Source: an uncultured Gammaproteobacteria bacterium (GTDB lineage Bacteria; Pseudomonadota; Gammaproteobacteria; CAWCPV01). Taken from it: a stretch of DNA of 64,000 nt. The first letter of the stretch is position 1; each line of letters opens with the position of its first letter. The stretch covers positions 448,001 to 512,000 of the forward strand of contig CAWCPV010000014.1 in the NCBI GenBank assembly GCA_963797555.1, in the 5' to 3' direction. Below are positions 12,033 to 22,673 of the stretch, in pieces. A program made the translations under genes and the position numbers. Below the pieces are notes generated by a model. The model searched no databases and had not been told where the DNA came from. It saw only the letters and a program-made list of their open reading frames with translations.

Positions 12033-13261
12033 CGGTAGACCCGGTGAGCTGTCGGACTGATGTCCAGGTCATCGATGACGATAAGACTTGGGCAATCCTC
12101 TTTTTCGATTGGGCCGGCCAACGCGAGAAGCACGTTGTCCACTTGGACCACCTCTCGCCCGGTTAGATTGAGCCACCACGCCTCGGGGCACAGCGCCGCA
12201 GCCACAAGCTGAGCAGCCGTGGTCTTGCCCTTGTGAACCGTCCCCGTAACCAAGACGGCTTTGCGATGCTTGACCAACTCCCCCAGACGGTGCGTGAGCG
12301 CTGGTCTGCGCAGGAGCGGCTCTGGCGGACTGGGCGACTTCTCAAGCAAGAGATTGAGCAAGTCCGATCCCGGACGCGCACCGCGAACCAAGTCTGGCAA
12401 CTGGTCGACCGGCACCGGCAGATACGTGGTGGTCGCCGCGTCAACTTGCCGCAGCAAGTCGCCGCGGGTTAGGCACCGCCGGGCAGACGGGGTCTCCAGG
12501 ACCACCTCCGAAAACCGTGCCTCCAGGTACTTCAACACGTTCGGAATGAGGCCCAAAGGGCGACGTAGATCGTGTAGCAGGACCGCGACGCGGTTTTTGA
12601 CGCTTTGCCTGACCACGTCAAGATCGGGCTGATCCGTGAGCCAGTGAAATCGTTGGATGAGACGCTCCTGGAGATGCTCCGGCGCCGCGGAATTCAGGAA
12701 TACCCGCAAAGGGCTGCTGGCTTTCAGTTTCGCCTCGAGATATTTCGCGACCTCGATGGCCAACTCGGGGTTAGTCTGGGCCGCTCGCCAAACCTCGATG
12801 CCCTTGTCCCCGCCGAAGCTGGCGTCGTGCTCCAGGGCAACCGAGCTGGTGGTGAGATAGTGAAACTCGACCCGCCGGTGAACGTCTTGGCAGGACAGGG
12901 TCCAGAAGTTCTCAAGCGCCTGGTGCGCCCTGGCAGCCCCTAAGGAGATCGACCCGGTGTTACGCTTCACCTGCACCGCGATAGCGCCGTCACGCCTGAC
13001 AACATCAAAGTCTTCTGCGCCCTCCAGGTAGATGACTTCGTCTGCATCAGCCAGTCGGAGCCATGCATCAATCGACCACCAGGCTTGATACACGGTCCCG
13101 TGAATAGAAGGGACAGCCTGGCGCCGAGGATCTCCCGGCAGCGGTGGGGGAAGGCCCGTGATGGTTGCAAGCGTCTCGGCCACGCCCGGCGGCAAACCAG
13201 ATGGAAAATCGCGGTCAGGCATATTCTAGTGTGGCCGTCGAAACCCGGGGTGGCCCCTGGA

Positions 13262-16200
13262 TCACGCTCGTTTCAGTCGCCTTGGCGAGGGCAGGGGACC
13301 GAACGTTTCCAGGGGCAGGCGCTCGGGCCAGCGGTCGATGCCGGGGCGCACCCAGGCGAGTCAGCGCCAGGCGTCGCCGCTGGCCTCGATCGGCCGGTTC
13401 TCGCGAGGGTCCCAGACCGCGTAGCCCTCGTAGCCACGTCCCGATGTGGCGTGGATGCGGACCGGCTCGCCGCTCGCGCTGTCCCAGAGGCGAAGCGTCC
13501 CGTCAGCCCCGGCGGAGAGCAGGCGGGCGCCGTCCGGGGAGAAGGCGCAGGCCCACACCCAGCCCGCGTGCCCGGTCAGCATGCGCAGGTGCGGGTTGGA
13601 TCCGGGGGCAGCCAGGGTGAGAGCAGTGCCGCGACCGGCGGCGGGAGAGGGCGCATCGGGAGCGTGCCAACCGGGCTGGGGCACGGCCTGAGGTCGGACG
13701 AAGCCGGGTTGGTCCTTGTTGGCCGGTCCGTTCAACGGGGGCGCGTCGCAACCGAGGAACTGGGGCCTGTATCCGCGGGCCCCCGCCACACGGCCGCTCC
13801 CAGCCGGGTCTGGCGCCAGATCGCGGCGGTGCACTCGGCCTCGCCCCAATCCGTCCGGGTCCCGTCGCACTCTAGGAACTCGGCCTGACTCAGTTGGGTG
13901 TCGCAGAGCCTCGCGCGGGTGAGGCGCACCCGCTGAAAGACCGTCCGGCGGAGGCTCGCGCCGCTCAGGTCCGCATCGCTCAGGTCCAACGGGTCCCGGT
14001 CCGGGCGGGCTCGGACGGTCCAGCCGTCCAGCCGCGCCCCAGTCAGGGCGATGCCGCGCACTACCGGCATCGGCCAGCCGCGGTCATGGGCGCGTAGGGC
14101 GTAGACCAGCAGCAGCTCGCTCGCCTGGGGCCGGTAGCGGGTGCGCCAGCCCTGCAGGGTCTGGATCAGGGCCGGGTCGGCGGACTCCGCCAAGAGCTGA
14201 CCCAGGAAGTCCAGGGTCTCGGGGCTCGGGCGCCGGATCGCCCAGCGCTCCGGGGCGTTGTCCCGCAGGGCCAGCAGCAGGTAGTCCGCGAGGAAGAATT
14301 CCAGCAGCGAGGTGTGAGCGAAGCGGAAGCTGCTGCCGTCCCGGTCGTCCTGGCGGGCGAGGAAGGTGGCGGTGCGGAGATCCTCCTCGAGCTGGTCCGG
14401 GTGCAGGTTGGCGTAGCGGCGGCGCAAGTCCGGCTCGGACTCCAGCCAGGCGTGGAACCAGCGCTCGATCCCTTCGGCGGGGAGCGCGCCGTTTCCCGTC
14501 TGCCAGAGGTGGGCGGCCAGGTGGGTAGCGAGCCTGAGCTTGTGCTCCGGGCGGAGGTGGTGCTTGCCGCTGTCGCGCTCCAGCCAGCGCCACACCATGC
14601 GGCGGTAGAGGGTGACGCCGTAGACGGTCTTGCCCGCCAGGCGCTCCCGCTCGATCTCCGGGATGAAGTCGGCGACTAGCTTCAGAGTATAGGGGCGCTG
14701 GGTCAGCTCTGTGAGGTTGTGGACGGAGCGGATGGTGTCGAGCAGAGTTTCCGGATCGGTATCCGGCAAAGCGGTGGCCAAATAGTGCCGGACCTGGGCC
14801 TCGGAGAGGGGCAGGAGGACCAGAGCGCGGAAGGCGTCGGCGCGGTACTCGCCGCGCTCCTGACCGGTGAAGTGGTTCTGCTGGTCGCGCAGGGTGCGGA
14901 AATACTGGGTGCGACAGGAGATCAGGACCTTGAGGGGCGAGGCCGCGGGACCGTGCGGTAGCCGGCGGGCCCTGGTCACCGGTAGCAGACGCAGCAGCTC
15001 CCGGGTGAAGACCTGTCCATCGGGCTCCTTGAGCTTGACGAGCACCTCGTCCAGGCCGTCGAAGATGAGCACCGCCCCCTGGTCGATCCAGCGCTGGACA
15101 TCCTCCAGGCCGTAAGCCCCCCGGCCGCCTGGTCCAGCCAGCCGCGGGCCATGCACTCCTCCAGGGTCTCCTTGAGGGTGGGAACCCGCCGGCCCAGGCC
15201 GGTGACGTGGCGCAGGTCGAAATAGAGGGGCACGGGCTGGGTCGGGTCTTGCCGGCGGCGGACGTCCAGGGTGTCCGCCAGGCGCTGGCAGGTTAACGGT
15301 CTTGCCCATGCCGTATTCGCCGAGCAGCGCGAACAGAGGCGGAGCCTCGCGGGCAGCGACCCACTGCAGCAGGTAGTCCATCACGTCGACGCCCTGGTCC
15401 CGCCGGCCCGGGGTCTCGACGTCCGCGTCCTTGTCCAGGCTGGCGAGGAGGCCTCGGCCGTCCGCGATCAGCAGGTCGGAGCGGATGGCGGCATGGTCCA
15501 CCAAGCCCATGAGCCGAGCGCCGGGCGGCATGGCCCTGGGCTGGACGACTGACGCGGGTTGGGGGCGGGGTGCCCCTGGGCGGCGAAAGCGGCCCATCAT
15601 AGAGGTTACCGATGGATAGGGCGCGGTGGACCACCAGGGCGGCATTCTCCGCGGCGAACCGCTGATCCCGCTCCTTCGTCTTGGCGTTCTTGTTGCCGTC
15701 CCCCCAGTCGCAGATGGCCTTGACGATGATCCAGTCAACCTTGCGGCGGTCCGCGGCCAACTGGATGCCCACCGCCTCCATCTGGCCGCCGACGGCCTCG
15801 GTCTCCAGCCGCAGCAGGCTGTTCCGGTAGTCCAGGTTGTCTACCAGTTTGTTGCCGGAGAGCAGGGTGCCGAAGCGGAGCGTTGGCCAGTTGAGGCAGG
15901 CGTTGGGATCGACCTGACAGGTCTGGTCCAGGTGGTTGAAGCGCTGGAAGAGGACTGGCGAGGCTGGGGGCTTGTCGCCGCGGGGGGTGATGCTCCCGTC
16001 CGCATTCACGCGACCGAGTTCGTAGCCTCGGATGTTCTCGGAGACTAGGACATCCCCGATCCGCTGCTTGTCCGCGTTGACCCCGAAAGCGATGCCGACC
16101 CCGATGATGGCCCGGGGCGCCCAGTCGTCGATGGCGTCCCTGGCGGCGTTTTGGGCCTCTCCCTCACCCTGTTTGCTGACCCGCTGCACCACGGACATGC

Positions 16201-16729
16201 CCCCGTGGACCCCGAGCAGGTTGTAGGTGATGCCGTTGCGAGTGTCGGTCGGCGGCTCGCGTGGACCGTGGAATCGCGTGATGACCGCGGTCGTCTCGTG
16301 AGGGTTGAAGGTGATCAGCACGACGACCGGTAAATCCCCGGCCGGCAGGCCCCGCTGGTTGGTGACCAGTTGTTCCGGCGGAATGGCGTTCAGCTCCCCA
16401 GTGTAGGCCAGGGTCGGTGCCGGGAGCGGGCCCTCGAACCAGACCCAGCGGTTCGCAGCGCCGGCCTTCTTGTCTGCGGTGATCTCTGCACGCAAGGCCA
16501 GGCCCTGCGCCTTGGCGACCTCGTTGATGGTGCGCAGCAGCCGGTTGAGGGCCGTGTTGGCGCTGGCCGGGGTGCTGAGGGGGAACAGGGCCTCGTGGAT
16601 GCGGGAGACCTGCGTTCGATGGTCCGGTCCCGCCAGGTCCAGGAGCCGGTTCGCATGCTGGCGGATCGCGTCCTTGAGGGTCAGCCGCTCAAGGCTCTTG
16701 CGAGCGAAGTAAGGGGAAAGGGCGGCCAT
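13262..16729 (-). pseudogene. NLR-like protein: unknown N-terminal domain - PNP/MTA-SAH nucleosidase - NACHT - pentapeptide repeats - WD40; frameshifts and an in-frame TGA
   Basis: PNP motifs IGVGIAFG, IGDVLVS, GGQMEAVG, VKAICDWGD; NACHT GEYGMGKT and LIFDGLDE; pentapeptide LSDADLSGASLRRT; WD40 LTGHAGWVWACAFSPDGARLLSAGADGTLRLWD; tail GDAWR*LAW...RLPLETFGPLP; shifts near 15600, 15293, 15120, 13775. Confidence 0.8.
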
Positions 16730-16860
16730 GCTTGCGTCCCAGGATCAGAACCATAGCGGGATGTTAAGTCCCGAGGTGGTCCGAGGTCACCCCTTTCTGT
16801 TGGAAATGTTGGAATAGAGTTTGATAAATAGCGCGGCTAACCGCGCTGGCGCTCCAGATC

Positions 16861-17484
16861 CTACTTGCCGTGCCCTTCCGAGTAGAAGAAGTAGTCGGCC
16901 GTGTAAGGCACGAACGCCTCCTTGCCGACGTCTGCTAGCTTGGTACAATCCGCCGGTGCGACTCCTCCAGAGGTGTTCAGCCGCTGGATGAAGGTGGTGT
17001 CCGACAGCTTGTCGCCACCCCTCGGTCCGTCTTTAGCTCCAACCGCCGTAACCTTGAGCCAGGCTATGGCACCGTCCGCGACGACGTCAGGGAAGTCGAG
17101 GTGGGAGGCGGAGTCGCCTGGCTTCACCTTGCCCCAGACGGTGCTCGTGTCCGAGTCCTGCCACGTGGCGCGAATCGTGCCATTCTCAAACGGGTTGGGG
17201 CTGAAGAAGTGGGTGATGATTTGCCTACCATGTTCGTCGAACAGCGTGGCCTCGGGCGTGAACAGTACATAGGCGAAGCCAGTGCCTGAGGGCAGGCAGA
17301 CGTAGTTCTGGGTACCCGTGGCGTGACCCACGAGGAACGCCGTGTTCCCCGCCGGCACCTCTAGATTGGCGGGCACCTTTGGCGGTGTGGCATGTTTGGC
17401 GTGCGCGGCCTGGCCGGCGCCCATCAGGCCGAAAGAGACCATGCCAGCCATCGCAGAAGTCAGAAGCGTCTTGGTGTCTTTCAT
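16861..17484 (-). CDS. DUF3455 domain secreted protein
   Basis: Signal peptide; ATGTQNYVC, PEATLFD, AIAWLK, IQRLNTSGGVAP, VPYTADYFFY. Confidence 0.85.
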   Translation of the reverse strand: MKDTKTLLTSAMAGMVSFGLMGAGQAAHAKHATPPKVPANLEVPAGNTAFLVGHATGTQNYVCLPSGTGFAYVLFTPEATLFDEHGRQIITHFFSPNPFENGTIRATWQDSDTSTVWGKVKPGDSASHLDFPDVVADGAIAWLKVTAVGAKDGPRGGDKLSDTTFIQRLNTSGGVAPADCTKLADVGKEAFVPYTADYFFYSEGHGK

Positions 17485-17688
17485 CGACTCTCTCCTTACA
17501 GTTTGCTCAAAAAGGGGCGGGCTCCGCGCGGCTCATCCCTGAGAACCGATCCACGGGAACCGGGGACTACGACCCACGCGTCCCCCGTGCATGGTCATTA
17601 GTGTAGCCGCCCGATCTCACGGCACCTCAAGAGTAGATAATGTTTCTGTCCCCGCGGGACCCGGGCTTCTCCACGGGTCGGCCGCCCC

Positions 17689-17713
17689 AAAAAAGCGCCC
17701 CCGGCTGGGGCGC
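17689..17713 (-). terminator. Intrinsic terminator
   Basis: Minus strand GCGCCCC-AGCCG-GGGGCGC followed by T6. Confidence 0.6.
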
Positions 17714-17945
17714 ACAGCAGGGCAGGAGCGGCAAGGCCAGGAGCTCCAATGTCGCAACTCCGATTCCCGATTTAGGGGCTCCGATCTCCGATGTCGAAGC
17801 TCCGAGCACCAACGTCGACCCCTGTCAGAGCGGCGCGTGCAAACGCTTGCGGCCAGCCGGCCGCCTCCGGCCCAGGTTGCTTCAGACTTCAGCTCGCTCC
17901 CCGGCCCGCCGCGTTGCCTCAGTGTGTGGACACAGGGACTTGCCT

Positions 17946-18428
17946 TCATTCCGTTGTTCCCGAATAGGCCGCCTGCAACGCAGCGATGTCGATCTTGACC
18001 ATTTTCATCATGGCGTCCGACGCCCGCTTTGCCTTGACAGGATGGGGATCGGTCATCATCTCGGCCAGGACGGTCGGAACGATCTGCCAGGAGAGGCCGA
18101 AGCGATCTCTCAGCCAGCCGCATTGCTCGGGGGCCCCGCCTTCGAGCAACGCATTCCAATAGCGATCGATTTCGGCCTGGTTGTCGCAGTTCACGACGAA
18201 GGACACCGCGTGGTTGAACGGGTCGAGCGGCCCGGCGCTCATAGCGGTGAAGCGCTGCCCGAACAGAACGAACTCGACGATCTTCACCGACCCCGGCGGG
18301 CCGCTCGGGGATTCGCTCGGCAACGCCGTGACCCGGATGACGCGCGAGTCGGGAAAGATGGATGTGTAGAACGTGGCAGCCTCTTCGGCCTGCTGGGAGT
18401 ACCAGAGAAATGGGGTGATCTTCTGCAT
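17946..18428 (-). CDS. VOC family / 3-demethylubiquinone-9 3-methyltransferase-like (PhnB-like) protein
   Basis: MQKITPFLWY...AEEAATFYTSIF, QAEIDRYWNAL, CGWLRDRFGLSWQIVP; RBS AGGAG. Confidence 0.88.
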   Translation of the reverse strand: MQKITPFLWYSQQAEEAATFYTSIFPDSRVIRVTALPSESPSGPPGSVKIVEFVLFGQRFTAMSAGPLDPFNHAVSFVVNCDNQAEIDRYWNALLEGGAPEQCGWLRDRFGLSWQIVPTVLAEMMTDPHPVKAKRASDAMMKMVKIDIAALQAAYSGTTE

Positions 18429-18454
18429 GGGCTTCTCCTGTGAACGGTGAGGAA

Positions 18455-18646
18455 CTATCGTACCCTCGTCAGAACGGCATGCATCGCGTTCGGTGTGCCG
18501 AGATGCTCCGTACATCGGTAGCCGAGCCTCGGCAGGTCGATGTCGGCGAGCAAAGCCTCTCCGGAGCCGAGCAAGGTGGGTGCGATCGCCAGGTGCATTT
18601 CGTCCACCAGGCCAGCGCGCAGGTATTGCCGGATCGTCTCGACGGC
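18455..18646 (-). pseudogene. C-terminal fragment of dihydrofolate reductase / RibD_C family protein
   Basis: AVETIRQYLRAGLVDEMHLAIAPTLLGSGEALLADIDLP...* with no N-terminus. Confidence 0.7.
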
Positions 18647-18720
18647 AGGCCACGATCAGGTTCTCAAGCTCTCCGTTTATGAGCGCTCCGGAGTGCGGGA
18701 GGTATGGCTGATCCATCGCC
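18639..18720 (+). pseudogene. Fragment of Uma2 (DUF820) family endonuclease
   Basis: STAGHDQVLKLSVYERSGVREVWLIH matches the Uma2 pattern ST..HD...K..LYE..GV.EYWLV. Confidence 0.6.
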
Positions 18721-18851
18721 GCGGACCCGCACCCTACCGGTCTATCGCCAGCAAGGCGACCGGTCAACTCGTGGATGGCGGGTCGGCCGTAGGCGCCGCC
18801 CGACTGTGGCGAGCCTGCTGGCCATCGTCATCGGGCGAGTGTATAGCAGCA

Positions 18852-19611
18852 TCAGCCCCCGCTGTCGCGTGCGAATTTGAGTATGATGGCGCACACCACC
18901 GGCAGGAACACCACGCGCACGAAGCGGCTGCCCCTCAGGATCGCGAGCCGGGTACCGGCGAGTGCGCCCAGGATGTTGAATGCGGCCATGGGCAGGCCGG
19001 CGGCGTAGATGACGTGATGAGTGGCGGCAAAGTAGAGCAGCGCAGAGAGGTTGGTCGCGCAGTTCACGACCTTGGACGAGGCGGAGGCGGCCAGGAAGCT
19101 GTACCCGAACACGCCCACGAACACGAAGATGAGAAAGCTGCCGGTGCCGGGACCGAAAAAGCCGTCATAGAAACCGAGCGCCGCTCCGGTCGCGATGCCG
19201 GCGAGGAGCTGCGCCCCGCGCGTGAGCCTGGGGGCATGCAGGGCGCCGAAGTCCTTGCGGATGAAGGTGTAGACAGCGACCAGGACGAGCAGGCTCAGGA
19301 TCAAGGGGCGCAGGATCGCGCGCTGAATCGAGCTTACCACCTGTGCGCCCAGGAAAGACCCGTGCGACCAGCGCGGTAGGCAGCGTCGCGCGCCACTGAA
19401 TAGGCACGTGGCGCGCATACTGCGTGACCGCGATGGCGGTGCCAGCGATGGAGGAGAGCTTGTTAGTGCCGAACAGCGCGGCCGGGGGTGCGTTCGGCAG
19501 CAGGATGAACAGCGCCGGTATCTGTATCAGCCCCCCTCCGCCCACCACCGAGTCGACGAACCCCGCGAGGAAGGCGAATCCGCACAGCCACGCGATCTCG
19601 CTCACGCCCAC
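18852..19611 (-). CDS. TSUP (TauE/SafE) sulfite exporter family permease, frameshifted near 19370
   Basis: AGFVDSVVGGGGLIQIP, GTNKLSS, GFYDGFFGPGTGSFL across two frames. Confidence 0.8.
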
Positions 19612-20105
19612 GCGCCGAGACAGACTCTAGGGATCGATGCGGCTGGCCAGGACCTGGAGGAAGGCGGGCGCCATCGCCAATCCCATCAGTACGCCGGCAG
19701 CATGCAAGCGGAACACGCTTCCGCCGGCGCGAACCGGGCATTTCCGGGACACCGGTCTCATAGATCGCCGGGCGATGATCGGTTCACCATGCACGTCGCC
19801 GGCCACTGCAACGAGCACCGCCCGACCCCTTCGTGCCATCAATCCCAATGCGACGTGCATAACTGGGTGCCCACGCCGGGTCGCCGACTCAAATTCCGCT
19901 GCCGGCGCTCACGCCCAACGAGTCGTCTGCCGAACTCCAGCCATGAATGCAGCGCAGCGGAATAGTGGTCAGGTGCGTGGCCTGGTTCCGCGTACTATTC
20001 AGCATGTTTCGACAGACTCGCGCTGTATCCCGCGCCCAAGGCCACCCGATCCCGCCGGACTCCATGCACGCCAACCAACCGAACTGTTCGCGTCTTAGCC
20101 GGACA

Positions 20106-21790
20106 CTACGGGTCTGATACCGGGCCTGATACGACTTTTCGGGCTTCCTCCAAGTACTGGTGGACATGTTGTACTGCCCCCGCCCCCTCGCCCACCGCGG
20201 ACGCCACGCGCTTCGTCGACCCGAGGCGGACATCGCCAGCAGCGAATATTCCCGGCACGCTGGTCTCGAAACTCATCGGTTGCGGTCAACGGGCCAGGCT
20301 CCCAAGTCGACATCGTGACCGGTGACAATGAATCCCTTGGTGTCGCGCTGGACCGCGCTGGCCAGCCAATCCGTGTGTGGCATGGCTCCGATCAGCACGA
20401 CGAGCAGCTTCGCCGGAATGGTTTCGACGGCATTGCTCGCTTTGTCCCGGATCGCCAGACGTTCCATGAACTCGTCACCACCCTCTGCACCGACCACTTC
20501 GGCCCCGAGCCTCACCTCGATATTGGGTGCACGGCGGATCTGCTGCACCAGGTAATCCGACATTCCGCTCTCGATCGAGTCTGCCCGCACCACCAGTGTC
20601 ACCCGGCGCGCATAGGCGGCGAGGTGGATCACCGCCTGCCCCGCCGAGTTTCCTCCTCCGGTCACCGCCACGTCGAGGTCGCGGGCGAACCGCGTCTCGC
20701 CGAACGTCGTGTAAAAGATACTCTTGCCGACGAAACGCTCGATCTCCGGGATCTCCAGCCGCCGGTACTTTGCCCCGGTGGCAACGATCACCGCCGTTGC
20801 CGTGATCTCGCGTCCGTCCGATAGGGTCAGGATCTTCTTCACGCCGTTCGAACGGAGTCGTGTCGCCTCCCGCGCAAATACGAACTTCGCTCCGAAGAGC
20901 CACGCCTGCTGGTAGGCGCGCTGGGTGAGCTCCGCTCCGCTGATTCCGCGCGGGAAGCCGAGGTAATTCCTGATGAGCGAACTGGCGCCCGGCCTGCCCG
21001 CCGATCACGTGCCGCTCGATGACCAGGGTTCGCAGCCCCTCCGATCCGGCGTAAACCGCCGCCGTGAGGCCGGCGGGTCCGCCGCCGACCACCGCCACGT
21101 CGCAGGACAACTCGTGCGGGCTCTCACCGATGGCGTCCATGATCTCCGCGTCCGTCGGACCGGCGAGGGCCGATCCGTCGAGGAGGACAGATGGCCGGCA
21201 ATGCCGACGAGATCGACGCCATGTTCCTCGATGAGTCGTTTTGCCATCGGCGACGTAGCGTGGTGGAACCCGTAGGGAATCCCGTTGCGGTCGAGGAGTT
21301 CGCGGATCTCATTCGAACGCGCGGAACGCTCATCACCGACGATGTGGATCAGCTCCATCGCGGGCCGGTGGATCCGCGTCCACTCCGCCAGGAACTCGCT
21401 CACCAGGGGATACAGATGGACCTCGGCGGGCATCCAGGGCTTGTACAGGTAATTGTCAAGCTGGCCCAGCGCGCAGCCCTGCAGGATGGTGGGCGCGGCC
21501 GCGTGGTCACCCCAGGCGACGAGCAGGGCGCGCTTCGCCATAGGTTCGATGGAGCGGACCCGCCCGAGGAATTCGTTGCCCGTCATCTCAGGCATCCACT
21601 GGTCCGCGATGACCAGTGCAATCTCCTCGCCGTCCTCCTTGATCTTGGATACGGCGTCGAGCGCAGCAAGTGCGGAAAGATGGGGCACGACGCGATAGTC
21701 CCCGCCAAACCGCCGTGTAAGGGCATCGAGCATCGCGGCCAGCGCAGCCAGCTCGTCATCGATCACCACGATCACAGGCCTCTCTGCCAT
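20106..21790 (-). CDS. Response-regulator receiver fused to thioredoxin-reductase-like FAD oxidoreductase; frameshifts near 21190, 20985, 20275
   Basis: REC: [22 protein letters not shown]; FAD: [44 protein letters not shown]. Confidence 0.8.
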
Positions 21791-22376
21791 ACGAATTCCT
21801 CCTCCATGTGGCCCGTCCTGGAATGCTGTAGACACCGCTAAGTCGGTCATAAAGGCTCGACTCCTGGGTAGCCACGGGCGCCTCCTCTGCTTCTGCACGT
21901 GGGCAAAGTCGTGAATAATGGGGTGGCTAAGCGTGGGGGATCAGAACATGCGGCCCGTCGTGCTTTGTACTCCTTTAAGCGGCACATCGCCGATCATCAC
22001 CGCCGCCTGGTCGGCGGACCAGAGTCAGACGTACGCGGTGCCGGCGGCCGGAGACATCGGGGGTCTGGCGTTGCCGAACCGAGGGACCTCCGCCGGGCCG
22101 CCGAGTACCCGGGCCGATTCATCAGCGCGTCACCCTGATTCTCGACCAGCTCGGCAAGCGCGGTGACGGCCGGCTGGCCTGTTCCATGTCCAAGCTGACC
22201 ATCGTCGGCACGGTGTTCCTGCCGCTCGCAACTTCTTCGTCACCGGCCTGCTTGGGATCAACATGGCGGCTATACCCCACCCCTGAACGTGCAGAGTTTC
22301 GACGCTCTTGCTCGGCGTCGTAAACGAGCCGTATGAATTTCATCTGGTTGCCGCCATTGCAGCCAGCCCACTCAGG

Positions 22377-22673
22377 TCAGCCGCCGGCGATGGCCCCAAC
22401 GACGAGAAAGGGCTCCGCTCCTGACGCGACCGCGTCGGGCAGTGGGGCGTCCGGCAGCTCATGGGAGACATCCTGCCCGCAGGCGAAGAAACGCAATAAC
22501 GGTCGGCGCTGTTGCGTGACGTGGTGGCGGATCGTCCCGCGCAGCATGGGATAGCAAGCCTCGATCGCGTCCAGGACCGAGCGCTGCGTCACCTGCCCCT
22601 CGATGTCGAGCGTCACCTCGCCGTCGATGTGCGCCAGCGTCCGCAGAGGCATCGGGAGTATGACTCGGATCAT
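22377..22673 (-). CDS. MoaD/ThiS family ubiquitin-like protein
   Basis: IRVILP..LRTLA; C-terminal GAIAGG. Confidence 0.85.
   Translation of the reverse strand: MIRVILPMPLRTLAHIDGEVTLDIEGQVTQRSVLDAIEACYPMLRGTIRHHVTQQRRPLLRFFACGQDVSHELPDAPLPDAVASGAEPFLVVGAIAGG

Larger units (their letters stand above)
7731..13222 (-). pseudogene. PD-(D/E)XK nuclease - P-loop NTPase (STAND-like) - helical/TPR-like protein, ~1355 aa when reconstituted; interrupted by IS4
   Basis: N-terminal RQAVPSIHGTVYQ...EGAEDFDVV...AVQVK nuclease pattern; Walker A GTVHKGKTT; Walker B LIVIDDLD; frame restored as HRVYR|DSLALV after removing the IS and one 9-bp TSD (1190+2878=4068 nt). Confidence 0.8.

Noticed and set aside
13361-13363. 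TGA as selenocysteine or programmed readthrough
   Set aside because: Context suggests Trp (TGG to TGA); no SECIS-like hairpin recognised; nonsense mutation or base error is simpler.
19627-19860. 77-aa hydrophobic ORF upstream of TSUP
   Set aside because: No recognisable motif or clear RBS.
20113-20134. CTGATAC direct repeat as an integrase arm site or the island's other end
   Set aside because: Lies inside the REC-TrxB coding tail (VSGPVSDP) with no tRNA 3' duplication nearby.
22122-22343. 73-aa ORF as a functional gene
   Set aside because: Only faint resemblance to a decayed YciI-like N-terminus; not supportable.
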